DNA of 20,248 bases from assembly GCA_038046625.1 (NCBI GenBank), contig JBBSVV010000056.1, positions 1-20,248 on the forward strand. Direction: 5' to 3'. This document shows positions 17,894 to 20,248 of this stretch, one piece after another (positions within the stretch are counted from its first letter, which is position 1; each line of letters starts with the position of its first letter). The notes beneath the pieces are model-generated. The model made no database searches. It was given only the letters and a program-made list of their open reading frames with translations, and was not told where the DNA came from. Position numbers and translations under genes: made by a program. The DNA is from an archaeon (lineage in GTDB: Archaea; Iainarchaeota; Iainarchaeia; Iainarchaeales; Iainarchaeaceae).

Positions 17894-17917
17894 ATTGTTG
17901 TATTACACTGTATTACA
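17889..17917 (+). promoter_or_regulatory. TATA box plus tandem palindromic operator for TA module 1
   Basis: tttaaat at 17889-17895, followed by two TGTA-T-TACA palindromes at 17899-17907 and 17909-17917 (10-bp period). Confidence 0.7.
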
Positions 17918-17928
17918 TTGGTGTTTCT

Positions 17929-18216
17929 GTGCCTTCTGATGTAGTGACCGTGCGTTTTGACGACAAGACAAAAAAACAGATTTCAAAATTTTTGCGGCAG
18001 AGGCTTGAATCGCAATCGGAAGTTATCAGAAAAGCCGTTGCGCAGTACGTGCAAAAAGAAAACGAGCTCGGCGAAATCAAGCAGGTGGTTGCGCAAAAAT
18101 TTGCTGAAGGAAAAATTTCCTTTGACGAGCTTGTGCGGATTATTGGATATGAGGAAGCCAAAAAAGTAGCTTACCTTGTTGATGTAACTGAAAAATCCCT
18201 CAAAGAAGGGATTTAA
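17929..18216 (+). CDS. Antitoxin: ribbon-helix-helix (CopG-like) N-terminus with UPF0175-like C-terminus
   Basis: GTG start after ggtg SD: MPSDVVTVRFDD...SQSEVIRKAVAQYV (RHH pattern), KFAEGKISFDELVRIIG; 1 nt upstream of a PIN gene. Confidence 0.8.
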   Translation: MPSDVVTVRFDDKTKKQISKFLRQRLESQSEVIRKAVAQYVQKENELGEIKQVVAQKFAEGKISFDELVRIIGYEEAKKVAYLVDVTEKSLKEGI

Positions 18217-18217
18217 A

Positions 18218-18736
18218 GTGAAAAAAGCAGTGGCGGACACCTCCGCACTTGTGTCACTCTCTTTCAGCGGACAGCTTGCACCCGCAAGCAAAGCACTGCA
18301 TATTTTTGTTCCGATGCAGGTGAAAAAAGAGCTTGAAGAAATAGCCGCTTTTGCCGATGAAAAAGCGGCGGCAGCCAAAGAGGCATTAAGCATAATAAAA
18401 TCCGGAGCCATTCAGGCCAAAACCGTTGATGCCAAAAAAGCCGAGGCGCTCGTGAACAAGAATGTCGACTTCGGGGAAGCCGAATGCTTCCAATTGGCAA
18501 CGGAGCGGGAAATACCCGTAATGCTCATGGATGATTTGAACGCGGGGTTCGCGCTCGAAGGAATGGCAAAGGCGCGCGGCATAAGCATCAAAATCTCGGC
18601 GGCCGCAGTTGTTGAACTGGCAAACCGGAAACAAATAACCAAAAAAACCGCCAAGGAAAGCCTCTTGAAAATGGTGAAACGCCGCAACTGGGAAAAAACA
18701 ACACTCGAATACCTGATTCATAAATACTTTCCCTGA
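18218..18736 (+). CDS. PIN-domain toxin (VapC-like, DUF3368/COG2405 type)
   Basis: AVADTSAL, VPMQVKKEL, DFGEAEC, LMDDLNA: the conserved acidic PIN residues. Confidence 0.88.
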   Translation: MKKAVADTSALVSLSFSGQLAPASKALHIFVPMQVKKELEEIAAFADEKAAAAKEALSIIKSGAIQAKTVDAKKAEALVNKNVDFGEAECFQLATEREIPVMLMDDLNAGFALEGMAKARGISIKISAAAVVELANRKQITKKTAKESLLKMVKRRNWEKTTLEYLIHKYFP

Positions 18737-18764
18737 AAGCCGGCTTCGTTCTGGCTCGAGTGAA
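18737..18764 (+). repeat. 28-bp direct repeat, copy 2 (duplicate of the fusA 3' end)
   Basis: Identical to 17510-17537; starts at the base immediately after the PIN gene stop codon. Confidence 0.95.
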
Positions 18765-18801
18765 CTCCGGGAAAACAACACCCTGAAATACCCCCTCAAG
18801 C

Positions 18802-18837
18802 AAAAACATTAATAAGTATACATATACATATGTATAC
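18802..18837 (+). promoter_or_regulatory. BRE/TATA and palindromic operator for TA module 2 (leaderless)
   Basis: aaaaac-attaataa (TATA-like 18808-18815); gtatac at 18816-21 and 18832-37; perfect 14-bp palindrome tatacatatgtata at 18823-18836 just before ATG 18838. Confidence 0.7.
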
Positions 18838-19074
18838 ATGGCTCGTGCAATAATGGTTTCGGACAGAATCTATGGCAGGCTCTCGAAAATAAAAAAAGGG
18901 GCGAGCAGGAGCTTCAGCGAGGTTCTGGATGGCCTCCTCGAAAAGGAAAGCGATAGCTCAAAAACCGGGGGCATTCTCGGGCTTTACGGCTCTTGGAAGG
19001 AAAGCCCGGAAGATGCGAAAGCGGCGAAAGAAATCAAGGAAGCGTGGAAAAAATGGGACCGCCAGTATGCCTAG
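18838..19074 (+). CDS. vapB: VapB-family antitoxin (archaeal DUF217/COG1753-like)
   Basis: MARAIMVSDRIYGRLSKIK...SFSEVLDGLL...LYGSW pattern; 3' end overlaps the downstream PIN gene. Confidence 0.85.
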   Translation: MARAIMVSDRIYGRLSKIKKGASRSFSEVLDGLLEKESDSSKTGGILGLYGSWKESPEDAKAAKEIKEAWKKWDRQYA

Positions 19075-19421
19075 ACACAGATGTGATAATAGAGTTCCTG
19101 AAAGGAAGGAATCCTGAACTCAGAAAATCTTTCCAGGAAGGCAAGGAATACTGCACTACAAGCATAACTGCCTTTGAGCTGAGGATGAGGAAAACCAACC
19201 TCAAGCCGGTAGAAGAATTCCTGGCCAGAACCAAGGTTTTCTCTTTTGATGATTTATGTTCAGCCATAGCGGCCGACACGAACAAGGAACTCAAAGAGCG
19301 TGGGAAAACAATTGAATTGCGTGACCTGTTCATAGCTGCCACCTGCATCAGGAACAATTGCGCCCTACTCACGAAAAACCAAAAGCATTTCAGGCAGATG
19401 AAAGGCCTGGAACTGGCATAA
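19053..19421 (+). CDS. vapC: VapC PIN-domain ribonuclease toxin
   Basis: Likely start MGPPVCLDTDVIIEFL; TTSITAFEL, ELRDLFIAATC, LLTKNQKHF. Confidence 0.92.
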   Translation: MGPPVCLDTDVIIEFLKGRNPELRKSFQEGKEYCTTSITAFELRMRKTNLKPVEEFLARTKVFSFDDLCSAIAADTNKELKERGKTIELRDLFIAATCIRNNCALLTKNQKHFRQMKGLELA

Positions 19422-19422
19422 C

Positions 19423-19459
19423 CTCAGCGCGAACTCCGGAAGCAGACAATCCTCAAAAT
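19423..19459 (+). repeat. Degenerate copy of the sequence at and after repeat copy 2
   Basis: ctcagcgcgaactccggaagcagacaatcctcaaaat resembles ctcgagtgaactccgggaaaacaacaccctgaaat (18755-18789); exact core gaactccgg at 19431-39 and 18762-70. Confidence 0.45.
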
Positions 19460-19570
19460 CAGGAGGGGAAAAAGGAGGACGGAACCAAGGCCAAGGGACC
19501 TTATGAAAAGGGCAATGTCAATTGAATGCAATTCAAGCTTATAGGCAATTTGAAGGGTTTCGAAGAGTTA

Positions 19571-19579
19571 TTTTATAAA
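19571..19579 (+). promoter_or_regulatory. Putative TATA box for tuf
   Basis: ttttataaa about 85 nt upstream of the EF-1alpha start; SD ggaggt at 19650-19655. Confidence 0.5.
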
Positions 19580-19663
19580 CCTTTATTATTAGTAGTATTA
19601 GCTGTAAAACGCCCCAATTTTGCGTAATTTTGGCATTTATGTTTGTTTTGGAGGTATGGAACA

Positions 19664-20248
19664 ATGGCAGAAAAACCACATATTAACCTGGTCTTTATCG
19701 GACACGTCGATCATGGCAAGTCAACCACAGTCGGAAGGCTGCTCTACGATACAGGAGCCCTGCCGGAACAGGAATACAGGAAGCTCAAGGCGGAAGCCGA
19801 GTCAAGGGGAAAGGGAACATTTGCATTTGCGTATGTCATGGACAACCTCAAGGAAGAAAGGGAAAGGGGAGTAACCATTGATGTTGCTTACAGGAAGTTC
19901 ATCGGCCAGAAAAACCAGTTCACAATCATAGACGCGCCGGGACATCGCGATTTCGTAAAGAACATGATTACAGGAACCTCGCAGGCCGATGCGGCGGTTC
20001 TCGTTGTTGCGGCAAAAGAAGGGCCGCAGCCCCAGACCAAGGAACACGCATTCCTCGCACAGGTCATGGGTCTTAAGCAGCTGATTTTGGCAATTAACAA
20101 AATGGATGAAGTAAAGTATGATGAGAAAAAGTTCAACGAAGTCCGCGATGAAATGAAGAAAATGCTTACAGGAATAGGCTACAAGGAAGACCAGGTAAAG
20201 TACGTTCCGGTTTCCTCATGGGAAGGCGAGAATGTGGCCAAGACCTCG
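19664..20248 (+). CDS. tuf: Translation elongation factor aEF-1alpha, 5' part (runs off the window)
   Basis: Manual translation: [27 protein letters not shown]...ERERGVTID...[24 protein letters not shown]...INKMD. Absent from the ORF track because there is no stop in the window. Confidence 0.97.
   Translation, partial: MAEKPHINLVFIGHVDHGKSTTVGRLLYDTGALPEQEYRKLKAEAESRGKGTFAFAYVMDNLKEERERGVTIDVAYRKFIGQKNQFTIIDAPGHRDFVKNMITGTSQADAAVLVVAAKEGPQPQTKEHAFLAQVMGLKQLILAINKMDEVKYDEKKFNEVRDEMKKMLTGIGYKEDQVKYVPVSSWEGENVAKTS

Larger units (their letters stand above)
17538..18764. mobile_element. 1227-bp integrated islet carrying a type II TA module, bounded by a fusA 3'-end duplication
   Basis: Exact 28-bp direct repeats 1227 bp apart; cargo is a gene remnant plus RHH antitoxin and PIN toxin; no integrase or transposase inside. 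Confidence 0.75.

Noticed and set aside
17510..19459. CRISPR array suggested by the 28-bp repeat
   Set aside because: Only two exact copies 1.2 kb apart, the repeat is coding sequence of fusA, and no cas genes are present.
19620..19874. 84-aa ORF in the track
   Set aside because: Out-of-frame overlap with the true EF-1alpha reading frame starting at 19664.

Overview
Archaeal core-genome window; a DPANN lineage such as Ca. Iainarchaeota/Diapherotrites is my inference from gene style and divergence. The left end holds a riboflavin cluster (5' end of archaeal ribC, HTH-fused CTP-dependent riboflavin kinase), an orphan basic protein and an MscS channel. The centre is the RNA polymerase/str superoperon: rpoH, rpoB'' (505-aa LAGLIDADG intein ending Gly-Asn), rpoB', a small inserted membrane ORF, rpoA', rpoA'', L30e, nusA, S12, S7, EF-2 (509-aa intein in the P-loop), then the start of EF-1alpha. 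Three things stand out. (1) A tiny palindromic element occurs twice: as a 30-nt in-frame insertion inside ribC and as a nested, GAA-minihairpin-rich composite between rpoB'' and rpoB'. (2) An integrase-less 1227-bp toxin-antitoxin islet is bounded by an exact 28-bp duplication of the EF-2 3' end, followed by a second TA cassette ending in a degenerate copy of the adjoining sequence. (3) The RNA polymerase diverges at normally near-invariant catalytic-centre motifs (trigger loop, bridge helix, GYNxED) and lacks all four cysteines of the RpoB' C-terminal zinc ribbon.
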